The translations under genes were made by a program, and so were the position numbers. Of a DNA stretch of 64,000 bases, positions 11,480 through 22,800 are shown piece after piece (the first letter of the stretch is position 1; the number at the start of each line of letters is the position of its first letter). The stretch spans positions 62,608-126,607 of the forward strand of contig NIVC01002999.1 in NCBI GenBank assembly GCA_002269645.1, written 5' to 3'. The notes beneath the pieces were generated by a model. That model did not search any database. It had not been told where the DNA came from and saw only the letters and a program-made list of their open reading frames with translations. The stretch is from Macrostomum lignano. Its lineage: Eukaryota.

Positions 11480-12400
11480 AATAGAAGAGCCACCATGTCA
11501 AACATAAAAGAGTTACCATGTCAAACATTAAAGAGCCACCATGTCGAACATTAAAGAGCCACATTGTCAAGCATTAAAGAGCCACCATTTCAAACCTAAA
11601 AGAGCCACCATGTCAAACATTAAAGAGCCACCATTTCAAACCTAAAGGAGCCACCATGTCAAACATTAAAGAGCCACCATGTCGAACATAAAAGAGCCAC
11701 CATATCAAACATAAAAGAGTTACCATGTCAAACATTAAAGAGCCACCATGTCGAACATTAAAGAGCCACCATGTCGAACATTCAATAGCCACCATGTCAA
11801 ACATTAAAGAGCCACCATGTCAAACATTAAAGAGCCACCATGTCGAACATAAAAGAGCCACCATATCAAACATAAAAGAGTTACCATGTCGAACATTAAA
11901 GAGCCACCATGTCAAACATTAAAGAGCCACATTGTCAAGCATTAAAGACCCACCATTTCAAACCTAAAAGAGCCACCATGTCGAACATTAAAGAGCCACC
12001 GTGTCAAATATTAAAGAGCCACCATTTAAAACCTAAAAAAGCCACCATGTCGAACATACAAGAGCCACCATGTCGAACATAGAAAAGCCACCATGTCAAA
12101 CATTAAAGAGCCACCGTTTCAAACCTGAAAGAGCCACCATGTCGAACAATAAAAAGCCACCATGTCAAACATAAAAGAGCCACCATGTCAAACATAGAAA
12201 AGCCACCATGTCAAACATTAAAGAGTCACCATGTCAAACATTAAAGAGCCACCGTTTCAAACCTAAAAGAGCCACCATGTCGAACATTAAAAAGCCACCA
12301 TGTCAAACATTAAAGAGCCACAATGTCAAACATTAAAGAGCCACCATTTCAAACCTAAAGGAGCCACCATGTCGAACATTAAAGAGCCACCATATCAAAG
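11480..12400. repeat. About 23 bp minisatellite (AAGAGCCACCATGTC(A/G)AACATTA)
   Basis: Direct inspection; inside the Helitron. Confidence 0.92.
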
Positions 12401-12665
12401 TGGATGCTTGCTATTTGGAGGATGCTTGCTTTCTGGGGGATGCTTGCTATCTGGGCGATGCTTGCAATTTGGGGGATGCTTGCTATCTGAGGGATGCTTG
12501 CTATCTGGTGGATGCTTGCTATCTGGAGGATGCTTGCTATCTTGGGGGATGCTTGCTATCTTGGGGGATGCTTGCTATCTGGGGGATGCTCGCTATCTGG
12601 GGGATGCTTGCTATTTGAGGGATGCTTGCTATCTGGAGGATGCTTGCTATCTGGGGGATGCTTGT
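12400..12665. repeat. About 19 bp minisatellite (GATGCTTGCTATCTGGGGG)
   Basis: Direct inspection; also present at 10625-10720. Confidence 0.9.
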
Positions 12666-13177
12666 GGTCTTGGGAAGATTTCTTATTGCAATTCACTTCA
12701 TTTGAGCAGTTTGTCTGTTGTCTTTGTGAAGGATTTTTTGGCTGTCTTTTTGTTAATTGTAGAGAACAGAGATTCTATCCAGATGTCCCCCATCGGGGGG
12801 CGAAGATTGCTAGTAAACGGTCTATTTCTCTGTGCAACAGATCTTTCGATGCAAATAAATGAACTCAATGAATGGTCAATATAACATTAACATAGAATTT
12901 TGCTAGTTGTAATTCCAGATTGTCATTAACTTAATCAATGCAAGAAATTTGCGGGTAACAATGTGGAAATTTGCGGGGACTATGTTAGAGATGGGCAGAA
13001 AGTTGAGAAAGTCTATGGTCGAAGGCTATTTTTTCGGTGGATGGGCAAATCTTTGTGCCATAGACTAAATAAACACTCGGATTAATCGAGAGGACGGGGC
13101 TATGGAGCCGCGTTTTGAAGCAACGATTCTAGAAAGTTCTGTCTGTCTAATCAACTACTGACTAAGAACGCTGAACT

Positions 13178-13534
13178 ATGCGAATCTGCCCGACCAACTT
13201 GACACACGTGACAGTACTAAAGGAGAGCGGCTTCTCAAACGCTGCCATCGCGGTTAACACCGGCCACAAGAATTCAGCGAGCGTAGAGCGCTATACGCGA
13301 GTGAGGCGCGATGCCGACTTCCGTGCGATGTCATCAGCGCTGAGCGTCGAGACAAGCGCCTCCCAGGTCTCTATCCGTCGTGTTGGTCAGGATGGTGAAG
13401 TGGCGATCAGTGAGACAAGGGCTATTGAAAACAAGTATGGAGAACGGCAATCAGAGCCGGCTGCAATCGTCGTGAACTTCAACGGGACCTTCCAGAATTG
13501 CACGTTTAATCTAACTGGAGTTGGTAAGCAGTAG
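13178..13534 (+). pseudogene. C-terminal fragment of a tyrosine recombinase, Crypton/DUF3504-like
   Basis: VTVLKESGFSNAAIAVNTGHKNSASVERY fits the YR C-terminal pattern T.L...G.....I...TGH.S..S...Y; the upstream HxxR box is absent. Confidence 0.65.
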
Positions 13535-13821
13535 CTTGGAAAAATTAAAACGTCGTCTGATTGAATGAACTAAACTAACAAGCCGAAAATTGTTGCGTTA
13601 CTGTTACAAAATTATAAAAGTACGAAAGCGTAAAAGAAAACAAAGTCATAATAATCCTATAAAAGTAAAAATTCTTTTAAAATATAAAAGCATACTTGGT
13701 TGGAACTTGTTTTACCATCATAGACTACGAAAATTCGAGACGAAATTTCATTCATTGTTTAGCAATTTGATGATCATTATTCACATTTTTAATGTCCTAC
13801 AGACATTAAACCTGAATTCGC

Positions 13822-13980
13822 AGCCCTCGGATTCGCTCATTCCTGCCCTCAAATCCATAGTCAGAACAATCAGTTCTGATCTATGATTCAGTATCAGTTC
13901 ATGATTCTGATTAGTTCTGATTCGAGGGCTGCGAAGCCCTCGGATTCGCTCATTCCTGCCCTCAAATCCATAGTCAGAAC
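13822..13980. repeat. Exact 46 bp direct repeat pair (13822-13867, 13935-13980) with hairpin GAGGGCT-GCGA-AGCCCTC, probably a terminus of the Crypton-like element
   Basis: Direct inspection; link to the YR fragment is inferred from proximity. Confidence 0.6.
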
Positions 13981-14230
13981 TATGTTGTTTCACGATTGGC
14001 CATAGACTAAAACAGCAGGCACGGAATCTGCCGTCTTGCCCGCGAAATCGTGAGACAACAATCCATTACTACAAACTAATGCATTGTCTGTAGGATCGTC
14101 AAACAGAAAAACAATGCAAAGAATCAGCGGTCGCAGCACGTGACAACGATTTGACATATTTGTTGCTTCCTCTCTGTGCATTCCTCCAACCTAGCATAAA
14201 GTGGTGTTTTAACAACCGGAACTGGAGTGT

Positions 14231-15391
14231 ATGGTGCACAGTGCAAAAGCTGACATCAGTGCAAAACAGTGCAAAACCAACCTCCCCCGGTACTCTGTCG
14301 CGACCGCAGCGCAAGGCGACGGTCATCGCCCGGTGACCAGGTCTGTTTTCACTACCTTAGCCTGCCTCATTTGCCTCCTCTGCTCCTGGCTGTTTGTCTG
14401 CGCTCTTCTCGCGGAAAATATTGAAGTGAACCCGGGGCCAATGGACTGCGGCCGCTGTGCTCGCGCCATCAAAAGTGGCTTCACTTTCTTCTCCTGCCAA
14501 TCCGGCCAGTGTTCTAACGGCTGCCATAAGCACTTCGACTGCAGCGGCATCCGCAGTTACCAACAGCGATCGCACTGGCTCTGTCACCGACATCGCGGCC
14601 TTGAGCAGGCCCCCAGAGAACCCGCTGTGAGCATGACTGCTGAACCACGCAGCGATTGCAGCGCCTGCTCGGCCCCCATTCGCATGCGCACCAACCCTCT
14701 GCGCTGCAAGGTCGCAAACGCCTCCTGCCATAGTTCCATCAAGTGCAGCGGCATTCCAAGGTTCAAGTGCAGTCCCCGCTGGCTTTAACAGATCCATGCG
14801 CCTAAGGCTGAGCACTCTGTGGCCGGCCGCCCAATCGCGGCCCGCCAAGTTGATGGGGTGAACGCGGACCGCCCGACGGCCGCTAACCAGGACAGCTGTG
14901 CCACTAACCAGGGTGCAAAAAACTATTCCGTGCCAATTCCTCACTCTTATCATCTGTAGCCGTTGCACGTGTTGATGTTCCACAATAGCTGCTCAGGGCT
15001 CTCACGGACCGTGGCAAACCTTCCAGCCCTATCCGAGACCGCTAGACCTGCCCGCAGTGTACTCGCACCACACCGGATTCGAGCACCACAATAGTGACTC
15101 AGCCAACTATCGGTCCCGCCGATCTGCGGTGGCGAGGAGCAAGCCGAATTGAGGACGCCATCACCTCAGCGGCACACCGCCATGTTGGGGAAAAAACTTT
15201 CAAACGGCCGCGCGCCCCTGGCTCTCCCAAGAAGCCTACCAGTCCATCCGCAAACGCAATTACCTTGTAGGGACGTCGACAGCCACCGCGCCGAATGGCT
15301 GCAAAACTGCACGGATGCTATCACAATCATTCGCGAGAGCAAGGAACAAAGCTGGCGCGAATTCCTGAACGCCGCTTGTGGGTCCTCATGA
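14231..15391 (+). mobile_element. Degenerate, internally deleted APE-type non-LTR retrotransposon (LINE) remnant with 2A-like peptide and PHD-like fingers
   Basis: LLAENIEVNPGP (14414-14440), Cys/His fingers CGRC..CQSGQC..CHKHFDC..WLCHRH; PWLSQEAYQSIRKRN and ESKEQSWREFL typical of the endonuclease-RT linker, in shifted frames; no RT seen. Confidence 0.75.
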
Positions 15392-16461
15392 ATCATTCTT
15401 CGAACAGCAGCGATGCGCTTTCGTCCATGAAGGCAGAAGTTAGATGTCAATACACGCAGCTCTTATAGTATACATGTACGAGTACGTATAAAGATCGTAT
15501 CGAACAAAAGCTAGCTGATTGCCTGACTTGCCACGCAGGCTATGAGTAAACTTTTGAGGCAGCACACTCGCGTGAGATCTTTTTGCTGGTTGACTTCTCA
15601 TGTCTTAAAAGTCTTGTTTTGTTAATTCCATTAAATTGAGTTACAGTTTTGGCATCTTTTTGAAGAGCTTGACTGTGTTAATTGATTGACTCTAACAAAA
15701 CACTGAACCTATAGCATTTTTAAGTTAGATTATGTACATGCTTCAAACACGAACTAGTCCAAGGACCGCTAAGAGTAGGACTATTTGACTGCCTTTTGGA
15801 GCTAGCCGATTTCATAGAAGTCAGCTGTTCTTAATGCATTTTTGACATTTTAACGCCAATTCTTTTTCAATATTGTTACAAAGTTATGTTTTAATTCTGT
15901 GATTAAGAAAATTGTATTTAAGTTATAGTAAAAGAGTTTTTAAATTGTTACAAAAAACGTTTCTTATTAATTTTAGTGTATAATTTGTTAAGACTTCTAA
16001 TTGCCTAAACAACAGAAATTTAACTTTAACTTAGAAAATAATTATCTAACTTAGAAACAATCGTCCATCAAGGCGTTTTACAAGCATATCGTCCGTCCGT
16101 CAAAGCATTTTAGGCCTGTTAAGTCTCATGAATATCGGTTGAGCCGTTTTTTCCTGCAATCTATCACACACATGATAATATGATAATATATATGGACAGA
16201 CCATTTTTAATATATAACCTAGGCCTATGCTATGCAGCTATGCATGCTATGCTATGCAATGCTAATGGATTGTTATGCTCGCAGCTCGACCGATTCGTTT
16301 GATGTCTGCTCATGTTTTTGTGAAGCTTTTTATCAAGCCATGTATCAAGCAGATGTTTTTCAGATCTTTACAGATTTTTTTGAAAGTTCAAGTTTCAAAT
16401 TTTAGCTTCATTTTTATCTAGCTTCAAGTTCAACCCTTGAACTTCATATAGCTTCAAAGTC

Positions 16462-17624
16462 CAGTGGTGGGAGTGAGGCGCGAATTCGCGCCTGGCGCGA
16501 ATTTCGGGATTAATGGCGCGAATGCGCGATTTCTGAGGCGAGGCGCGATTTTTTTTATGCTCAATGCGCGAAAAATGTTAGGCCTAGCTGATTTTGCTTT
16601 ACTTTGCCAGTGACTGCCACACCCCCAGTGTCTCCTACAGCTGTACTTTCACTTGTAAACTTGAATGACCTGACACGCTGCTGGCTGTTGCGCTTTGTCT
16701 CGCCAGTCAAACTACCCGCCAAAGTCTGGAAGCTGGATTTAAAGGACAGTTTGATTTGGCTGCCCCATCTGCAAATCGGCATGGGGGAGCAGGCCAGGCG
16801 TCTCTTCATTGAGATGTCTGCTAGTGACCAACAGGCCTGTCTAGCTTCGGTGAAAGCGTTCTTTGTAAAGGGAACAGAGAAACTCTTTGAATATTTGCCG
16901 CTGAGCAGCTCCACTCTTCGTGCCTGCCAACTGCTGGATCCGATAAAGCAGACAAACGATTGGTTTGTTCAGTGGGTTGATACCATTGCCAGGCAGCTAC
17001 CGACGATCATGACAGCAAGCGAGCTCGACATGTTGCGAGTTGAGGCTCGTGCTCATCAACAAGATGTGCTGATTGCTGAGTTAGACATTGAATCCGAATC
17101 GGCTAGTAACTTCTGGGGAAAGGTCGCCGCAGTTGGCAATCGCCCACTTCTTATGCGCATAGTACGTGTGCTATTTGTCTTGCCGCACGGCAATGCAGAA
17201 GTCGAGAGAATTTTCAGCAATCTTAATGATGTCTTTACAAAGAAGCGCTCCAGTCTTGGAGCGTACACCATTAAGGCACTAGTCGTCGCGCGCTCTTGCC
17301 TTGCTGCTAAATGTTGGACAGCTGCTACGCTACCAGTCTCGCTTAGGTTGCAGAACCTGTGCAACAGCGCCTATGCTGCATACCGCCAATGGCTGGAAGA
17401 AGAGAAGCAAGAAGAGGAGCGCAAGAAGAGGGAAGAGCTCGAGAAGAGTGTCCTCTCCGAAATTCGAAACAAGAAAAGCGCAAGCAAGACATTCACAGAC
17501 TTAGAAAATTCTGTTCTGGATTATATAGTCAATGTATGGCAAAAAAGATTGACACAAAAAAACTTTCGGTGGGAAAAAAAATCGTAGGCACGAAAAAAAT
17601 GGGCACTCCTCACTCCCACCACTG
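16462..17624 (+). mobile_element. Internally deleted hAT DNA transposon (1163 bp)
   Basis: Perfect 17 bp TIRs CAGTGGTGGGAGTGAGG (16462-16478) / CCTCACTCCCACCACTG (17608-17624); imperfect TSD (CTTCAAAGTC left, CTTCAAAC right). Confidence 0.9.
16604..17587 (+). pseudogene. C-terminal part of a hAT transposase (dimerisation domain)
   Basis: NFWGKV..RPLLMRIVRVLFVLPHGNAEVERIFSNLNDVFTKKRSSL; catalytic N-terminal part missing. Confidence 0.85.
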
Positions 17625-18268
17625 CTTCAAACTAACCGACCACTAACACTAGGCCTAGGGCATAGGAAGTATGTGACTTTAAGACAAGGAGATTCTTTAA
17701 TTTGATTGATTTTATATGATTTTTTTGGAAATCTTTTACTTTACTGCTTTAAATTATTTTCATGTGAAAATAGTAAAATACAAAGTCATTAATCATTAGA
17801 ATATCAATAATATTAATAGTGCCTAACCCTATACAGGAAGTTCCCAAACACTTTTGGTGGCAGGAAGAAGTGGCGCCACAGGTACTCATTGAGATGGTGT
17901 CAAACAGGACATTGCTAGTAAGAAAAGCTGCCTTTTGTAATTGCTTTCTGCATCTTATATGTTAATGTTGGGCATGACTAAGCACAGGCATAGCCATATA
18001 CCTATACAAACTGGGATCTATCTTGCCGCTATAGTTGATAGCCAGAGCATCTAGGCATTGTGTGCAACCCTGGGAGTTGGATAGCAGCCCAAAAGTGCTG
18101 CTCTAGGCATCCTAGCCATTTTGCAGTCACTAGATAGGTTGAAAAGTTTATGAAAAAAGGAAAATAATTTATTGCAGTAAAGTAAAATATTGCCAAATAT
18201 TTTTCAATAGAGAAAGATATAGCTTGATTGAATTTTAGGTCAATAATTCCTAATCTTTGTAGAACTAG

Positions 18269-18305
18269 TCATCTTATATCCTAAAAATGAGTTGTTTGTA
18301 TGTAT
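18269..18305 (+). mobile_element. Helitron-family 5' end fragment (another family fragment at about 19484-19545)
   Basis: CTAG|TCATCTTATATCCTAAAAATGAGTTGTTTGTATG resembles the 10869 start; 19484-19545 matches 10917-10980. Confidence 0.5.
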
Positions 18306-19836
18306 ATAATATGTGTGGCAAAATCCAAAAATTGGGGGCAAGTTTTATGAAAATTAATTTTTTGGTAATTTGAAAGCAATAAAGCAATAAAATAAATTTA
18401 TTTAAGTTTAAAAAGGTAAAAAAGTCTATAAAAGCACAAATTATTTATGTAGAGCTTTATTTTTAATAAAATTATTTGTTAAAATGGTAAGTTTAACTAT
18501 GACCAAAAATGACTCTAATAAAAATGGTAGAAAAGCTATAATAATGTATTTTGTTAACTTTAAGTATCTTATAATTTTATACTCTATAATTCTACAACAT
18601 TAAACATTATTTTTAAGGGTTTATTTGTTTATCACTTTCGTTACTCTTGACAATGTGTATTTTTAGAGTTCATTTGCAATAAATTATATTCAACGTAAGT
18701 TTATTTTTTAAGCATAAAATTCCCATAAGGATCAGAAAATTGCATTTTACTCAGCTTCTACTAAAGTGATTTGGAAAATTCTTTTTTTCCTGCATACATA
18801 CCCCGGTGATACATGTTTTAGTGTAATTTCATTGGTCTTCGTCGCTTAATAAGCATACAAGAAGCATTTGATTTGGATGCCAGGTTCACAATTTGTGGTA
18901 CCATTTTTTACCCAATTTTTTTAAGTCTAATTATAGGCATATTACAAACACTAATACTATGCAAGTTGATATTTAAATGAAAAAAACAACTTAAAGATTA
19001 TTTTGCAACAAGGAATTAGTGGTATTTACTTTTAGAGAAATATGTTTGCTGGCAAACTTTGCACTTTAAATTAGTATGAATTTTCGTGAGTTTATGTGGT
19101 TTTAGAAAAACTTTGAAATCCTTAGAAATGCTTCATATTTTTGAATAAAATAAAAAGTAAAACACAAATTACTTTTTGTTTTGTAAGTAGTGAAAAAATT
19201 AGCCTTCTCTAAGGCCTACAAGTCTTAAAATTAATTGTTTATTAATGAAAAAAGTGAAACAAAAAATTGCAAATCGGTCAACTTGGACTTTTAAAATGCT
19301 TTTTTTGTGGTTTTTTCTTATTTATTCAACAATGTAAAGCATGAAAACAATAGTTTTTATCTAGAACTATTTTTAAAGACCTATTTGTCTTTCAAGAAGC
19401 TTTTTTAGATACATTACCTTCCATTAAATGTCCACAGATTTGTTTTACCATTATATCCCACATTTTTTTATTTCGCCATGTAGCTATGCGATAGATTTCA
19501 GAAAAAAATGGCTCAATCGATTTTCTTTGAACTTGCACCATTTGATCAGTAACCTAGTATTAGGCTACATGATTGTCATTAAAACACATAGTAAAAAACT
19601 GATCCCATACAAATACCAAAGATAATTTTTTGTTAATATTTTAGAGGTAAAATTTGTTAAAATTTATCAAAAATATAAATTATGTATATACAACACAGTT
19701 CTGATAAATATGTAATCTAAAATAATATTATATATAAAAAAGCTGATTTCTTATTTAATAATTTGTGTAATACAAAGTAAATACTAAAATTTGAATTTAA
19801 AGCAAAATGTTTAAAAGAAGTGTTTAATTTTCTATA

Positions 19837-22800
19837 ATGAGGAAAAAGTTTTTACATCACACCTCCTTGCATGGCATGGCCCTTCCCCGTCACTATGTGG
19901 TGCACAGATTTGTTAAGATCACATTAAAGGACCTGAGCAAAGAGTCCAGTCAGTGCGACCCAGCCTTTGGCTATGTGCTCAATAATAACAGTAAAAAATT
20001 GCACGATCAATTAGCTGGACTGCTCAATAAGCAGCAGTATTTGTATGTGAGAGACAAAGCAGGCTGGACCCTGTTGCACTATGCTGTGCTGTGCGGCCAT
20101 CGGAAAATTACCGCTCTGCTGTGCCAGTGCGGTTTCGATGTTAACATTAAATGCGACGTTAGCGCCTTTGGTGTCACAGGCTGGCGCGCCATTCACATCG
20201 CTGCTGAGAAAGGCGACTCTGACACCTTGAAGTTGTTAATCTCATATGGCGCCAGCTGCGAGCTGATGGCTGAAGTTGCTGAAGCAGCTGACAGCGGCAA
20301 TGAGCAGCAGCAGGAGCAGCAGCAGCAGCAGCAGCCAGACGCCACAGCAGTAGCAACATCTGGCTTGGCTGAACGTTGGAACGCTGTGCACATGGCCGTC
20401 TTTAGCGAGTCAGTGGAATCAGTGAGAGCCTGTTTGCAGCGGGGCGGAGCTTATGTTGACACGAGAACGTTGAGACGACAGACTCCACTGATGTTGGCTT
20501 GTAAATCTGGTTGCTTAGCAATTGTACAGCTTTTGCTCACTGCCGGTGCCAGTTTGAGAGCTAGGGATAGTCAGGTATGCTTTATTGTTTTGTCCGCATA
20601 GTTGATTACACCTGCCCTAATGTGCACATGTGCAACCGACAGCTCAGCCGCAGCTATTGCGCGGCGCATCTGAAGGCTGCGTACGAACTGCGTAACATAA
20701 CTGATGCTAATTGTTGATTGAGAGACAACTCAGCCGTAATCTAGCGCTGAATTTAGACTGTGGTCTATAGACGTCTGATTGGAATCTATAGACGTCTGAT
20801 TGGAATCTATAGACTTCTGATTGGAATCTATAGACTTCTGATTGGAATCTATAGACTTCTGATTGGAATCTATAGACTTCTGATTGGAATCTATGGGCTT
20901 CTGATTGGAATCTATGGGCTTCTGATTGGAATCTATGGACTTCTGATTGGAATCTATAGACTTCTGATTGGAATCTATGGGCTTCTGATTGGAATCTATG
21001 GACTTCTGATTGGAATCTATGGGCTTCTGATTGGAATCTATGGGCTTCTGATTGGAATCCATAGACTTTTGGTTGAGATCTATAGGCTTCTGATTGGAAT
21101 CTATGGGCTTCTGATTGGAATCTATGGACTTCTGATTGGAATCTATAGACTGCTGATTGGAATCTATAGACTTCTGATTGAAATCTATAGACTTCTGATT
21201 GGAATCTATGGACTTCTGATTGGAATCTATGGGCTTCTGATTGGAATCTATGGACTTCTGATTGGAATCTATGGGCTTCTGATTGGAATCTATGGGCTTC
21301 TGATTGGAATCTATGGACTTCTGATTGGAATCTATGGGCTTCTGATTGGAATCTATGGGCTTCTGATTGGAATCCATAGACTTTTGGTTGAGATCTATAG
21401 GCTTCTGATTGGAATCTATGGGCTTCTGATTGGAATCTATGGGCTTCTGATTGGAATCTATAGACTGCTGATTGGAATCTATAGACTTCTGATTAGAATA
21501 TATAGACTTCTGATAGGAATCTATAGACTTCTGATTGGAATCTATAGACTTCTGATTGAAATCTATAGACTTCTGATTGGAATCTATGGGCTTCTGATTG
21601 GAATCTATGGACTTCTGATTGGAATCTATGGGCTTCTGATTGGAATCTATGGACTTCTGATTGGAATCTATGGGCTTCTGATTGGAATCTATGGACTTCT
21701 GATTGGAATCTATAGGCTTCTGATTGGAATCTATGGGCTTCTGATTGGAATCCATAGACTTTTGGTTGAGATATATAGACTTCTGATAGGAATCTATAGA
21801 CTTCTGATTGGAATCTATAGACTTCTGATTGGGATCTATAGACTTCTGATTGAAATCTAAAGACTTCTGATTTTGGAATCTATAGACTTCTGATTGGAAT
21901 CTATAGACTTCTGATTGGGATCTATAGACTTCTGATTGAAATCTAAAGACTTCTGATTTTGGAATCTATAGACTTCTGATTGGAATCTATAGACTTCTGA
22001 TTGGAATCTATAGGCTTCTGATTGGAATCTATGGGCTTCTGATTGGAATCTATGGGCTTCTGATTGGAATCTATAGACTGCTGATTGGAATCTATAGGCT
22101 TCTGATTGGAATCTATAGACTTTTGATTGAGATCTATAGACTTTTGATTAGAATATATAGACTTCTGATCGGAATCTATAGACTTCTGATTTTGGAATCT
22201 ATAGAATTCTGACTTAAATTTGCAAACCCCTGATTTCGGAATCTAAAATGCAAGCAAAAATGCTATTTTCACCGTTGCCAGGGCAACACTCCCCTGCACT
22301 ACGCCGCGCAGTCGCCCTGCCCCGAGACGCTGCGCCAGATTCTTCAAGATGGCGCCCGGGCAGACGCGGTGAACTCGGCTGGCCAGCTGCCTCTGCACAA
22401 TGCCGCCCAGAGTCGCAGCTCAGGCGTGCAAAATGTCCAACTGCTGCTGGACACTTGGCCGTCGGGCCTGGAAGCCGTCGCTTCGTTGCCGGATTTGAAC
22501 ATCGGCGCCGGCGCCACGCCGCTGATAGCCGCGGTGGCCACTCCCGGAGCTTCGGCTGTGACGGAGAAACTGGAGTTGCTGCTGAGTCGAGGTGCCGATA
22601 TCAATCGGGTATTCGAGTACAACTCGCTGACTGGAGTGAACGCGCTTCGCCTGTTAATTGAAACTCGCAGCATCAACACAGATCTGGTGCACTATCTCCT
22701 TAGCAACGGAGTCAATGTCGACTCTTTAGCTAGCGACGGAGTTTCGCCGTTGCTGTGCGCTGCTCAGAAAGGCAGCGTTGTCATGGTAACTAAATTGTGC

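Larger units (their letters stand above)
10842..12813 (+). mobile_element. Non-autonomous Helitron-like element, same family as 2926-6147
   Basis: TCCAATATACTAAA at 10842 and 10869; shared 5' body; internal satellites; hairpin CCCCCATCGGGGGG and CTAG at 12810-12813 followed by T. Confidence 0.85.

Noticed and set aside
12300-12884. GCLLSG / LGDACY repeat ORFs
   Set aside because: 19 bp repeat within the Helitron; no RepHel motifs, so not a Helitron gene
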